The notes under the pieces were generated by a model. It was not told the DNA's origin. It searched no databases and saw only the letters and a list, made by a program, of their open reading frames with translations. Shown piece by piece: positions 11,067-22,058 of a stretch of DNA of 64,000 nucleotides (its first letter is position 1; each line of letters begins with the position of its first letter). Source of the DNA: an uncultured Chloroflexia bacterium (GTDB lineage: Bacteria > Chloroflexota > Anaerolineae > B4-G1 > SLSP01); assembly GCA_963751345.1 (NCBI GenBank), contig CAVVUS010000011.1, forward strand, positions 128,001 through 192,000, read 5' to 3'. The translations under genes and the position numbers were made by a program.

Positions 11067-12599
11067 ATGCACGTCTACGACGGTCTTCACGCCTACTACG
11101 GCGACCTGCACAACCACTGCGGCATCTCCTACGGCCATGGCAGCCTGCGAGGACGCGCTCCTCAACGCGCGCGAGCAGCTCGATTTCTGCTCCGTGACGG
11201 GCCACGCGCTCTGGCCTGACATGCCGCCGCGCGACGACGCCATCGGGTATATCGTCGACTTCCACCGCGAGGGGTTCGCCCGGCTGCGGCGAGGGATGGG
11301 ATGACGTCCAGCGCACGACCGCGGCTTTTCACCGGGACGGCGAGTTCGTGACCTTCCTCAGTTTCGAGATGCACAGCGGCGCCGACGGCGACCGGACCAT
11401 CCTCTACAACGGGGCCGATGGCGAGATCATCGAGGCTACGGGACTGGCAGATCTCCACGGCAAGCTTCAGCCGCTTGCTGCCCGACGTGATGGCCTTTCC
11501 CCACCATATTGGCTACAAGCAGGGGCAGCGCGGGATCAACTGGGACACCTTCGACCCCACGTTCGCACCGGTGGTCGAGATCATCTCAATGCATGGTTGC
11601 AGCGAGTCCGACGAGGGGCCACGGCCTTACCTACACTCGATGGGCCCCTCAGATCATCGTGGCACGATGGCCTATGGCTTGGCTCAGGGCCACGTCTTTG
11701 GCGTCGTCGGCTCGACGGACCACCACAGTGGCCATCCGGGCAGCTACGGTCACGGAAGGACGGGAGTCTGGGCGCGAGATTTGACGCGCGGCGGGCTCTG
11801 GGAGGCCCTGCGGGCCCGGAGGACCTACGCACTGACGGGGGACCGCATCGATGTGCAGTTCGCTGTCAACGGCGAGCCGATGGGGACGGTCCTCGGTCCG
11901 GCGCAGCGACGCGAGGTCGCCTTTCGCGTCGTCGGTGGAGGGCCGCTCGATTGCGTGGACATCATCAAGAATGGCGCCCTTCTCCGGCGTTTCTCCCAAT
12001 ACGATATGGCCCATCCGACCGTGGATGCCGATCGGATCCACACGAAGCTGCTCCTTGAGGTGGGGTGGGGTGCCCGCGGCGTCAAGGTGGACTGGGACGT
12101 GCACCTCGGCGTCTCCGGTGGTCGTCTGCTGGCAGTCGAGCCGCGGTTCCGGGGGCCGGAAGTGGTGGCCCCGCAGGAGGCCGATCCGGACGCGGATCCT
12201 AACCACCATACATCGCACTGGGAGCCGGAAGGTGACTCCGCGATAGGATTCGCCACTGTGACCCACGGCAACCCGAACAACCTGACGCCCGGGACACAGG
12301 GCGTTTGTTTGGAGGTCGAAGCCCCGCTTGATGCTGTGCTCTGGGCTCAGCTCAATGGGCACAAGGAGCGTTTCACGATTCGGGATCTCGTGGAGGGTGC
12401 CAGGGCGGGCAGACTCGGCAAGATCGACTCGCCTTCCTATCGTTTCCATCGCGCACCCGGCTGGCGGGAACTCGAATGGCAGGCCACGTTCGAGGACCTG
12501 AGTTCCGCAGGGCACAGAGATGACATCTACTATCTGCGGGTTCGCCAGCGTAACGATCAGTGGGCGTGGAGCTCACCTATCTGGGTACGCGCTCACTAG
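11067..12599 (+). CDS. PHP-fold (DUF3604/CehA-McbA-like) metallohydrolase, several frameshifts
   Basis: ATG 11067 after AGGAGG gives MHVYDGLHAYYGDLHNHCGISYGHGS; later PHHIGY, EIISMHG, GSTDHH, RRTYALTG, YYLRVRQ..AWSSPIW. Confidence 0.7.
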
Positions 12600-12850
12600 G
12601 CCTCGCGCACCCGGAACCCCGCGCTATCGAGTGCTCATCATAGAAGGCTCGAGCCGGCAGTACCGGCTGCTTCACCGCGTCTTTTTGGGCACGTCCTCCT
12701 GCGCAGCTCTACCGTGGCTCTGCGCCGCAGTAGGGCCAGATCAAGCTGATTGCGTCGAGTGCAGGCGCTGGTATCCTTGGATAGGGTAGTCATCGTTGTT
12801 GATGACCACACGCCGGTGCCGCTGAAGTTCCGCCGGAGACAGGAGATACG

Positions 12851-15146
12851 ATGCCCACATACGCAACGCTGCCGGTGCCCGAGCGCATCAGCCGACTGAG
12901 AGACGAGCTCTTCGAGACGGCGTCACAGTGGTGTTTCGAGCGCGCCCGCTTGGTCACGCGCGCCTATCGTGAGACCGAGGGATATCCTACCGTACTTCGC
13001 CGTGCCAAGGCGCTCGCCCGGGTCTTTGAAGAGATGCCCATTTTCATACGCCCGGGGGAACTGCTCGTCGGGCAGCGGGCGAGTGTGTTGGGTGGGCGGG
13101 CCGTCTATCCGGAATATCACCTCAACGGCCTGTCGGCGGAGACGACACCGTCAGAGGTATGGGACTACTGGGCGGGGAATACCCTCGGTGAAATCGTACG
13201 AGGGCGTCATCCCAGCCGCCTTCGACGCGCCGAGAGGGAAATGGCGGCGGGCTTCGTGACGGGAACCGCGAGTGGTTTCGGCCACGTCATCATCGACTAC
13301 GAAAAGGTACTGCGGCGGGGTTTCCGTGACATCGCGCGCGAGGCCGAGCTTCTGCTGGACGCGGCGCCGGAGGAGGACGCGAAGGGCCGTGCGTTTCTGC
13401 AGGGCGTGGGGATTGTGGCCCGCGGCATCATCCGGTGGGCGGAGCGATATGCAGAGCTGGCTGAGACTTTGGCAGCCGCGGAGACGGACCCTGCCCGTCG
13501 CACCGAGCTTCTCGCCATCGCCGGCATATGCCGGCGAGTGCCGGCCGACCCAGCGCGCACTTTCCACGAGGCACTGCAGAGCTTCTGGTTCACCCACCTC
13601 GCGATGCACATCGAGCAGTTCGGGTGGTCCATCTCGGCAGGTCGCTTCGATCAGTATATGTTCCCCACCTACCAACAGGATATCGCCGACGGAGTGCTGA
13701 CGCAGGAGCGGCGCGTGGGAGCTTGTGCTCAACCTCTGGGTCAAGTTCATGGAGAACGTGGATGGGGGCGTGAAGCAGACCGTATTCCAGAATCTGACGT
13801 TGGGTGGGCAGGATGCAGAGGGACGTGATCAGTCGAACGCGCTCTCACGTCTCTGCCTGGATGCGACGGTCGCGCTGCGCTTCAACCAACCGGCACTTTC
13901 CGTGCGGTGGCATCCCAACATCGACCCCGATTTCTGGCTGCAGGTCCATCGCGCGCTCGCGCAGGGCCTCGGGCTGCCCGCGCTGTTCAACGACACCGTC
14001 ATCCTTCCAGCTCTGGAGGCCCACGGCGTGGCGCCTGAGGATGCCATCGGCTACGGCGTGGTCGGATGCGTGGAGGCCGCCATCCCCGGCAAGGAGCAGG
14101 GCGTCACAGCCGGAGGCCACATCAACACGGCCAAGGCCCTGGAACTCGCGCTGAACGACGGGCGCTCTCTGCTGACGGGCGAGCCGATCGGCCTGCCCAC
14201 CGGCGATCCGGAGACGTTCACTGCCTTCGAAGACCTTTGGGAGGCCTACAAGGCCCAGGTTATCTATCTCGCCGGTCTGAACATCCTGGCCAGCCATATT
14301 GCCGGTGAGGCGCAGAAGGAGTATGGCCATTGCCCCCTGATGTCAGCGCTCCTGGACGATTGCCTGGTGCGGCGCCGGGACCTCGTCGATGGCGGCACCC
14401 GCTACAACCTGCCCGGCATTGCCATTTACGGTCCCAGCAATGCCTACGACGGCCTGCTTGCCGCGAAGCGTTGGGTCTGCGAGGAGGGAAAGATAAGCTG
14501 GGCAGAGTTGCACCAGGCCCTGTTGGACAACTTCGAGGGTCACGAGCCGCTGCGCGCGCTCCTGGCGCGACGCACCGATCGCTTCGGCAACGGGATTGCC
14601 GAGGTGGATGCCTTTGCCAACGAGGTGAATGCCGTGCACGCCGACTTCTGCTGGTCACAGGTCGATTCAAGAGATGGGCGGTATACATGCGGCGTCTGGC
14701 CCGTCAATGGCCACGTGCAGGCCGGGCATTGGACGGGCGCCACGCCCGATGGACGCCTCGCCGGCACGCCGCTGGTGGATGGTGTGGGGGCGTGTCAGGG
14801 CGCGGACCGCAACGGCCCTACGGCGCTGCTCCAGTCCGTGGCCCGGCTGGACAACATCGACCAATGGCCTGCCGGCAATACGTGCAACATCAAGTTCGCG
14901 GGGCGGTCGATCCACAGCGATGATGATGTCGCCCGGCTGCGAGATCTGGTCACAACTTTCATGAAGCTGGGCGGGCAGGAGCTCCAGATCAACGTCGTGG
15001 ATCGAGCCACGCTTCGCGCGGCCCAGGAGGCGCCCGAGGCTTACGAGGATCTGATCGTACGGGTGGCAGGGTACAGTGCCTACTTCACCCAGTTGAGTCG
15101 TGATATCCAGGATGAGATCATCTCCAGAACAGAGCAAGAGGTCTGA
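12851..15146 (+). CDS. Glycyl radical enzyme (PFL2-like, substrate unknown; frameshift near 13715)
   Basis: PARTFHEALQSFWF, GRFDQY, QNLTLGG, catalytic loop VVGCVE, GATPDGR, glycyl radical motif IVRVAGYSAYF. Confidence 0.92.
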
Positions 15147-15168
15147 GGACCGGAGAGGAGTGGGGAGG

Positions 15169-16117
15169 ATGGACAAACGCGAGGCGGTCTTGAGCCTGTT
15201 GGATACGGACCACGCCCCGGGCTATGTGCCGGCGGCCTTCTTCCTGCATTTCGGTGAGGCCTACAGAGAAGGCCAAGCCGCCGTCGACAGGCATCTGGCC
15301 TTCTTCCGGCATACCGGCATGGACTTTGTCAAGATCCAGTACGAGCACGCCTTCCCGCATCTTTCTGAAATACAGCGTCCTGGGGATTGGGCGAAAATGC
15401 CGTCGTATGGGGCCGACTTCTATGCGCCGGCTTGGGACGTGGTCGAGGGACTGGTCAAGGCCGCCAAGCATGAGGCCCTGGTTCTGGTCACGCTCTACTC
15501 ACCGTTCATGAGCGCAGGGCACACCACGAGCGACGAGATGATCACTGCACACCTAAAGGAAGATCCCGAGGCCGTGAAGGCAGGCCTGGAGATCATCACC
15601 GAGAGCCTGCTCACCTTTGTCCGCGGGTGCATCCGGTTGGGCGTCGACGGCTTCTACGCTTCCACGCAGGGCGGCGAGGCGCACAGATTCGCGGGGACCG
15701 GCATCTTCGAGTCCTACGTCAAGCCCTACGATCTCGTCCTGATGCATGAGATCAACGCTGCCTGTCCGTTCAACATCCTGCACGTCTGCGACTACTGCGG
15801 GCCGTACGGCGATCTATCGCCGTTCCTCGACTATCCCGGCGATGTTGTCAACTGCAGCCTCAACGTGGGAGGGGACACGTGGACCCCGCGCCAGGCGGCG
15901 GAGTACTTCGATCGACCCTTCATGGGCGGTATGGACCGCCATGGTGTGATCGCCTCCGGCAATCCGCAGGCCATCAGGGAGCGCGTCGCAGCGGTGTTGA
16001 AGGAAGCTCCGGATCGCTTCATCCTCGGCGCCGACTGCACCGTGCCCGGTGATACAGATTGGGACGAGCATCCGGGTGGCGATCGATGCGGCGCACGGTG
16101 CAACGAGTGACGGGTGA
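15169..16117 (+). CDS. Uroporphyrinogen decarboxylase (UroD/MtaA)-family protein
   Basis: TLYSPF, VKPYD, NILHVC, MGGMD, FILGADCTVP; C-terminal frameshift near 16066. Confidence 0.8.
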
Positions 16118-16206
16118 CGGTTGATCGGAAGAGACGCTATCGGTAGCGAGTCAACGGCGCTCATTTCGCGCAACTGCCCGGCTCACTCGTCACCCGTCAC
16201 TCGTTG
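16101..16206. repeat. 19-bp perfect inverted repeat built from heptamer units
   Basis: CAACGAGTGACGGGTGACG (16101-16119) and CGTCACCCGTCACTCGTTG (16188-16206). Confidence 0.7.
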
Positions 16207-16213
16207 TATTCGC

Positions 16214-16241
16214 TTGTCATCCGGGCCACTTGTGCTATGCT
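16214..16241 (+). promoter_or_regulatory. Putative pyr operon promoter (extended -10)
   Basis: TTGTCA-N16-TATGCT with TG at the extended position, ending 8 nt before the pyrC GTG. Confidence 0.5.
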
Positions 16242-16249
16242 AGCCTTTA

Positions 16250-17323
16250 GTGAGCGTACTCACGAAGTTACCGGGTCTAGCTGACGTCCACGTGCACCTC
16301 CGGGTCCCCGGAGGAGAGCACAAAGAGGATGTTCGAAGCGGCACCGCCGCCGCCCTGGCAGGCGGGTTCACTACCGTTCTCGCGATGCCCAACACGCATC
16401 CCCCCATCGTCACACTATCCGATCTTCGCGCTGCCCAGCAGCGCGCTCGAGCCGAGGCTCTCTGTGATGTGCACACCTTTGTAGGTGCTTCCGCAGATCA
16501 TGCCGCGACCGGTGGAGGGCCGGGGACGGAGCTCGCTGCGCTTGCCCGTGAGGCTGTCGGCCTGAAGATCTATATGGATCAGACCTATGGGCCGCTACGC
16601 ATCGGGGGACTGGCCACGTTGATGCGGTACTTCCGCGATTGGCCCAAGGACAAGCCCATCGCGCTGCACGCAGAGGGCACAAGCATCGCGGTCGGGATCG
16701 GTCTTGCCGCGGCGTTCGGGCGCTCGGTGCACATCTGTCACGTCAGCCGGCAATCGGAGATCGAGTTGATCGCTGCCGCCAAGCAGCAGGGCCTCGCCGT
16801 GACCTGCGAGGTGACCCCGCACCATCTGTTTCTCACCGAGGACGATCTGCCGCGCCTGGGCACGCTGGGCGACATGCGTCCCCGCCTGGCTTCTCGTGCG
16901 GATGTCGACGCTCTCTGGTCGCATATCGATACCACGATCGACTGCATCGCCACGGATCACGCGCCTCACACCCTGGACGAGAAACGTGGAGCCGATAGCC
17001 CTCCCGGCGTTCCCGGGTTGGAGACCGCTCTGCCGCTGATGTTGACGGCGGTTGCCCAGGGCCGGCTGTCGCTGTCCCGCCTCGTGGACCTGATGGCGCT
17101 GAACCCGAGGCGGATCTACAAGCTTCCGGACCAGCCGGATACATGGATCGAGGTGGATACAAGCGCTACCTCAGTGATCGATGCCGGCGGGCTCCACACG
17201 AAGTGCGGGTGGAGCCCTTTTTCCGGCATAGAGGTCACCGGGCGCCTTTGCTCCGTCCGGCTGAGGGGAAGCCTCGTCTACAGGGACGGGGAGGTCATCC
17301 CTACGGAAGCCATTCATACTTAG
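16250..17323 (+). CDS. pyrC: Dihydroorotase
   Basis: LPGLADVHVHLR, AALAGGFT.V.AMPNT, CEVTPHHL, ATDHAPH, PGLET; pyr operon context. Confidence 0.92.
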   Translation: MSVLTKLPGLADVHVHLRVPGGEHKEDVRSGTAAALAGGFTTVLAMPNTHPPIVTLSDLRAAQQRARAEALCDVHTFVGASADHAATGGGPGTELAALAREAVGLKIYMDQTYGPLRIGGLATLMRYFRDWPKDKPIALHAEGTSIAVGIGLAAAFGRSVHICHVSRQSEIELIAAAKQQGLAVTCEVTPHHLFLTEDDLPRLGTLGDMRPRLASRADVDALWSHIDTTIDCIATDHAPHTLDEKRGADSPPGVPGLETALPLMLTAVAQGRLSLSRLVDLMALNPRRIYKLPDQPDTWIEVDTSATSVIDAGGLHTKCGWSPFSGIEVTGRLCSVRLRGSLVYRDGEVIPTEAIHT

Positions 17324-17332
17324 TTCCCAGAG

Positions 17333-17357
17333 GAGCCCGCATTTGCGGGCTCTTTTT
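17333..17357 (+). terminator. Intrinsic terminator between pyrC and pyrB
   Basis: GAGCCCGC-ATTT-GCGGGCTC followed by TTTTT. Confidence 0.7.
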
Positions 17358-17403
17358 CTGCGGATGCCGGGTTGCTGTAACCTACACAAGGAGGAAAGGG
17401 ACG

Positions 17404-18457
17404 ATGGACTACTTGAAGGATTTGCCGAAGCTGTTTGACTATGCTGCTGCCGGCGAGTCGGGTCGATGCACGGGCGACTGCGACGGCGGGCAGTGGCGCT
17501 GCGGTGGTGGCGGATGGTTTTCACGGTAACGGGCTGACCGGTCAGGATGTGATCTCGGTGGACCAGTTCGATCGGGAGAAGCTCTCCTACATCTTCCATC
17601 GCGCTCACGAGATGCGGGAGATGGTTGAGGCTTCAGGATCCTGCGATCTGCTCAAGGGGCGCGTGCTTGCCTGTCTCTTCTACGAGCCCAGCACGCGGAC
17701 GAGTGCCTCATTCATTGCGGCGATGGAACGCTTGGGCGGCAGCGTGATCCCGATCACGCAGGGCGTGCAGTTCAGCAGTGTAAGCAAGGGTGAGAGTCTG
17801 CCCGATACGATCCGCACCCTGGAGCAGTACGCCGACGTCATCGTGTTGCGCCATCCCGAGGTTGGGGCGGCGAGCGTCGCCGCCGAGGCCGCGAGCGTGC
17901 CCGTGATCAACGCCGGTGACGGCACCGGGGAGCATCCGACGCAGGGATTGCTGGACCTCTTCACGATTCGTGAGGAATTGGGGCAGATCGACGATCTCAA
18001 GATCGCGATGCTCGGCGATCTGCGAAATGGGCGCACCGTGCATTCTCTGACCCGGTTGTTGATGTTGTACGACGTCAGCTTCCGCTACGTCTCCCCCGAG
18101 ATCCTGCGCCTGCCCATGGCGCTGATGAATCAGCTGATCGATCGCGGCATCGAGGTCAGGGAGACACACGACGTCGCCGACGTCATCGAGCATGCCGACG
18201 TGCTCTACGTCACACGCGTTCAGAAGGAGCGCTTCAGCGACCCGGCGCAGTACGAGGAAGTCAGGGACTGCTACCGGATCACGCCGGAGATCATGCAGCG
18301 GGCGAAGCCGACGATGGCTCTGATGCACCCCCTTCCGCGGGTTGGGGAGATCGACCCGCAGGTCGATGGTGATCCCCGTGCGGCTTACTTCCGGCAGGTC
18401 AAGAACGGCATGTACGTGCGAATGGCCCTGCTGGCCGCGGTTCTCGGGCGAGCCTGA
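17404..18457 (+). CDS. pyrB: Aspartate carbamoyltransferase catalytic subunit (probable frameshift near 17460)
   Basis: [30 protein letters not shown]; strong RBS before ATG 17404. Confidence 0.95.
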
Positions 18458-18502
18458 GGCGTATGCCGGACGAGATCACACTACAATCTACGGGAGGACA
18501 CT

Positions 18503-19970
18503 GTGGCATCCAGTTTCATCGGTAAGTTGCGATCATCGATTGACAAGAACGACTCGCTGCTTTGCGTTGGGTTGGATCCGGACGTGAGCCGGATGCCGGT
18601 CGCTTTTCATCCCGGCCTCTCCGAAGGCGCGCGGATGTTGGCTTTCTGTCGCGACATTATCGAGCTCACGGCGGATTTGGTCTGCTGCTACAAGCCGAAT
18701 GTAGCCTTCTTTGAACAGGCGGGCCCCGAGGGGTTGGCCGCCCTCCGCGACGTCATCGCGGCCGTTCCCGAGGGCATTCCCGTCCTCCTGGACGCCAAAC
18801 GGGGGGATATCGGCAATACGGCCAAGGCCTATGCCCGCGCGGCGTTTGAGGTTCTGGGCGCCGACGCCATCACCGTGAGCCCGTACCTGGGACAGGACAG
18901 CGTCCTTCCCTTCCTGGCGTATAAGGACAAGGCGGTCTTTCTGCTCTGCCACACATCGAACCCCTCGGCAGTGGAGATACAGCATCACGGCACACCGCCG
19001 CTCTACCAACAGATCGTCCGGCAGGGGCAGGACTGGGGGAGCCGGGAACAGCTTGGATTTGTCGTCGGCGCGACCCAACCGGGTGCCCTGAAGGCCGTGC
19101 GGCGCCTGGCGCCGGACCGCTGGCTGCTCGTGCCGGGTGTGGGGGCACAGGGCGGCGACCTGGATGCTACGCTGGAGGCAGGCATGACCGTTGCCGATCC
19201 CGCCACGGACGGGGGCCGTCAGGAGTACGGTGGACGCGCCGAGTACGGCGGTCGCGCGGAGTACACGGGCGTGATTGTGCCGGTCTCGCGCGGTGTGTTG
19301 TACGCGGCGGATCCGCGCGCTGCAGCCCACGACCTGCGGGCCCGGATCAACGTGCACCGGCGCGAGCAGGCCCCGGAGTCTGCGCTGGCGCTTGACCTCT
19401 TCGAGGCGGGGTGTATCCGCTTTGGCCAGTTCACGCTGGCGTCGGGCAAGGTCTTCTCCGATCTACGTGGATCTGCGGCGCGTGATCTCGTTCCCCTCGC
19501 TCTTCGAGAAGGTCGTCGACGCGTACGCCGGCCTGGTCAAGGCGCTCGCCTACGATCGCTTGGCGGCCGTGCCGTATGCGGCGCTGCCGGTGGCTTCGGC
19601 GCTGGCCATGAAGCTCAAGCGATCGCTGATCTATCCGCGCAAGGAAGCCAAGGGCCACGGCACGGGAGAGTTGGTGGAGGGATCCTACGAGCCGGGACAG
19701 GTGGCCCTGGTCTTGGAGGACGTGGTGACCAGCGGCGGTAGCCTGCTACAGGCCATCGCGACGCTGGAGGCCGCCGGCCTCAAGGTGCAGGACGTCGTCG
19801 TGCTCGTCGATCGGGAGCAGGGCGGCGGGGCCCGTCTGGCAGCCGAGGGCCGCCGTCTCCATACGGTCCTGACACTTGACAGGCTCCTCGCCGCACTCCG
19901 CGACGCCCGGAAGATCGACGGCGCGACGGATCGTGAGGTCCGCTCCTACCTTGCATCCCAGGGAAGATAG
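18503..19970 (+). CDS. pyrFE: Bifunctional OMP decarboxylase - orotate phosphoribosyltransferase fusion (frameshift near 19455)
   Basis: [27 protein letters not shown]; continues in frame into FGQFTLASG, then [27 protein letters not shown]. Confidence 0.88.
19211..19264 (+). repeat. In-frame 18-bp tandem repeat x3 in pyrF ([18 protein letters not shown])
   Basis: Units at 19211-19228, 19229-19246 and 19247-19264. Confidence 0.85.
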
Positions 19971-19972
19971 GC

Positions 19973-20992
19973 ATGGATGAGCGGGCGTCTCAACGTCTGC
20001 ACGTTGAAACGTTGGGTCGTTTGGGCATCCAACTGCGAAATCCGATCGTGCTCGCATCGGGCATTCTGGGGACGAGCGCCTCGCTGTTGGAGAGGGCAGC
20101 GTTGGCGGGTGCCGGCGCTGTGACGACGAAGAGCTGTGGGCCGGCACCGCGTTCGGGCCACGCCAATCCGGTGGTCGTCGATTGGGGGCACGGCGTCATC
20201 AACGCTATCGGTCTGAGCAATCCGGGCGCGGATGAGGAAGTGGCTCTGCTGGCAGAAGCGAAGGAGCGCCTGGCCCCCTATCGCGTACCACTCTTTGCCA
20301 GCATCTTCGGCGGAACGGTACAGGAGTATGCTGAGGTTGCCGCCACCATCGCGTCCGCGCATCCGGACCTGGTGGAGGTGAACATCTCGTGTCCGAACGT
20401 CGCCGATGAGTTTGGCACCCCCTTTGCCGCTCTACCTCGCAGTGCTGCGGAGGTCACCGAGGCGGTCAAGCAGGCTGTGGGAACGCTCCCGGTCAGCGTC
20501 AAACTTGCCCCTAACGTGCCGAATATCGCCCGGATCGCAGCCGCCGTCGTCGAGGCTGGGGCAGATGCGATCACCGCCATTAACACGATGCCCGGCATGG
20601 TCATCAATGCGGATGCCGGACGCCCGGTGCTATCAAACCGGGTTGGGGGCATCTCCGGTCCGGCGCTGAAGCCCATCGCGCTCCGCTGTGTGGCTGAGAT
20701 CGCCAAAGCCGTGGACGTGCCGATCATCGGCACGGGCGGTGTCACGACGGGACGGGATGCTGCGGAGATGCTGATGGCCGGTGCCACGCTTGTAGGGGTG
20801 GGAACGGCTGTCTGGTATCGAGGCGCCGAAGTGCTGGGCGAGATCGCGACGGAACTGGATGCGTTCATGGGCCGGCACGGCTATCGTCAGGTATCGGAGA
20901 TGTGCGGCGTGATCCATCGCCCCAGGCAGATTCCTCACTCCGGTCCAAGCCGGCGTTCAAACAGGTCCATTGTGGCCGGGGGGAATTCCTAG
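19973..20992 (+). CDS. pyrD: Dihydroorotate dehydrogenase, family 1B catalytic subunit
   Basis: [43 protein letters not shown]; adjacent pyrK. Confidence 0.93.
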   Translation: MDERASQRLHVETLGRLGIQLRNPIVLASGILGTSASLLERAALAGAGAVTTKSCGPAPRSGHANPVVVDWGHGVINAIGLSNPGADEEVALLAEAKERLAPYRVPLFASIFGGTVQEYAEVAATIASAHPDLVEVNISCPNVADEFGTPFAALPRSAAEVTEAVKQAVGTLPVSVKLAPNVPNIARIAAAVVEAGADAITAINTMPGMVINADAGRPVLSNRVGGISGPALKPIALRCVAEIAKAVDVPIIGTGGVTTGRDAAEMLMAGATLVGVGTAVWYRGAEVLGEIATELDAFMGRHGYRQVSEMCGVIHRPRQIPHSGPSRRSNRSIVAGGNS

Positions 20993-21763
20993 ATGCACGA
21001 GGTCTTCAAAGTAGCGCGGATCCGCACCGAGAACTACCGCACAAAGACGCTGATTTTCGATCGTGCACTTGCTGCTCAGCCGGGGCAGTTCGTCATGGCC
21101 TGGTTGCCCGATGTCGACGAGCGGCCATACAGCGTGGCCGGCGCCGATCCCCTGGCTCTGACGGTCGTCTCTGTGGGTCCCTTTAGCGAGGGTCTGCACG
21201 GCTTGTCGGTCGGCGACCCGCTGTGGATACGAGGACCTCTCGGGCAGGGGTTCGCGCTGCCGGCGGCGCCCACCGCTGAGGCGCTCCTCCTGGTCGGTGG
21301 CGGCTATGGTGTTGCGCCGCTGCTGTTCTTGGCGCGCGAGGCCCTCGCCGCGGGCTGTGCGGTGACGGTGTGCATCGGCGCGCGGACTGCAGCCGACGTG
21401 CTGCTCGTTGAGGATCTGCGTCAGGCGGGTGCGCGCGTCGTCGTCGTAACCGAGGACGGCAGTGAAGGCACGCGGGGGGTGGTGACAGACGCCGTTGAGG
21501 CACTGATCGCCCGCACGCGTTTCGCCTGCGTCTATGGGTGCGGACCTGTAGGCATGCTTGAGGCACTGGAGCGTCGATGTCTCGCGAACGACCTGCCGCA
21601 CCAGCTCTCGTGGGAAGCCCGCATGCGCTGTGGTATGGGGCTCTGTGGGGCGTGTGAAGTCCACGGTCGATCCGCCAATCCCGCTGATCCTTTATCCAGT
21701 GGATGGTTAGCCTGCCACGATGGTCCGGTGGCCGTAAGCGCAGCCCTCGTTCGTCCTGAATGA
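20993..21763 (+). CDS. pyrK: Dihydroorotate dehydrogenase electron transfer subunit
   Basis: PGQFVM, RPYS, RGPLGQGF, GGGYGVAP, [2Fe-2S] motif MRCGMGLCGAC...C.DGPV. Confidence 0.92.
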   Translation: MHEVFKVARIRTENYRTKTLIFDRALAAQPGQFVMAWLPDVDERPYSVAGADPLALTVVSVGPFSEGLHGLSVGDPLWIRGPLGQGFALPAAPTAEALLLVGGGYGVAPLLFLAREALAAGCAVTVCIGARTAADVLLVEDLRQAGARVVVVTEDGSEGTRGVVTDAVEALIARTRFACVYGCGPVGMLEALERRCLANDLPHQLSWEARMRCGMGLCGACEVHGRSANPADPLSSGWLACHDGPVAVSAALVRPE

Positions 21764-22058
21764 TACATCCGCGACGCTCCCGTTGTGGCGGTGATGCGGC
21801 GCCCAGGGTTGGATCGCCAACGCAAACCGTCGCGTAGACCAACTCGCCCCGTCGGTTTTGCCCGTGAATCGATGCTACAGTGGTAATCGTATCAGTCCTA
21901 GGTTGCGGTTGCCACTCTGTAGTCTCTCGTTGCGATATTCCGAGGGTGACTGCGAGTGGGTCTGGACCGAGGCCGGCGAGGGTTGTGGTTGGGAGATTCG
22001 GAGGACAGCTCTGTGGTATGGAGCGGGTTCACCTTATTGGCCCCAGGAAGGTGGAATC

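Noticed and set aside
12851-15146. Calling the GRE pyruvate formate-lyase, CutC or a microcompartment enzyme
   Set aside because: Single Cys (GCVE) rather than CC; no diagnostic residues recognised and no BMC shell genes in the window
17404-17529. Cys/Gly-rich leader peptide upstream of pyrB
   Set aside because: Better explained as the pyrB N-terminus shifted by one extra base near 17460
21815-21870. Possible c-di-GMP-I riboswitch (GCAAACC...GGTTTTGC)
   Set aside because: Lacks the GNRA-capped P2 and GACGCAAAG/receptor elements on either strand
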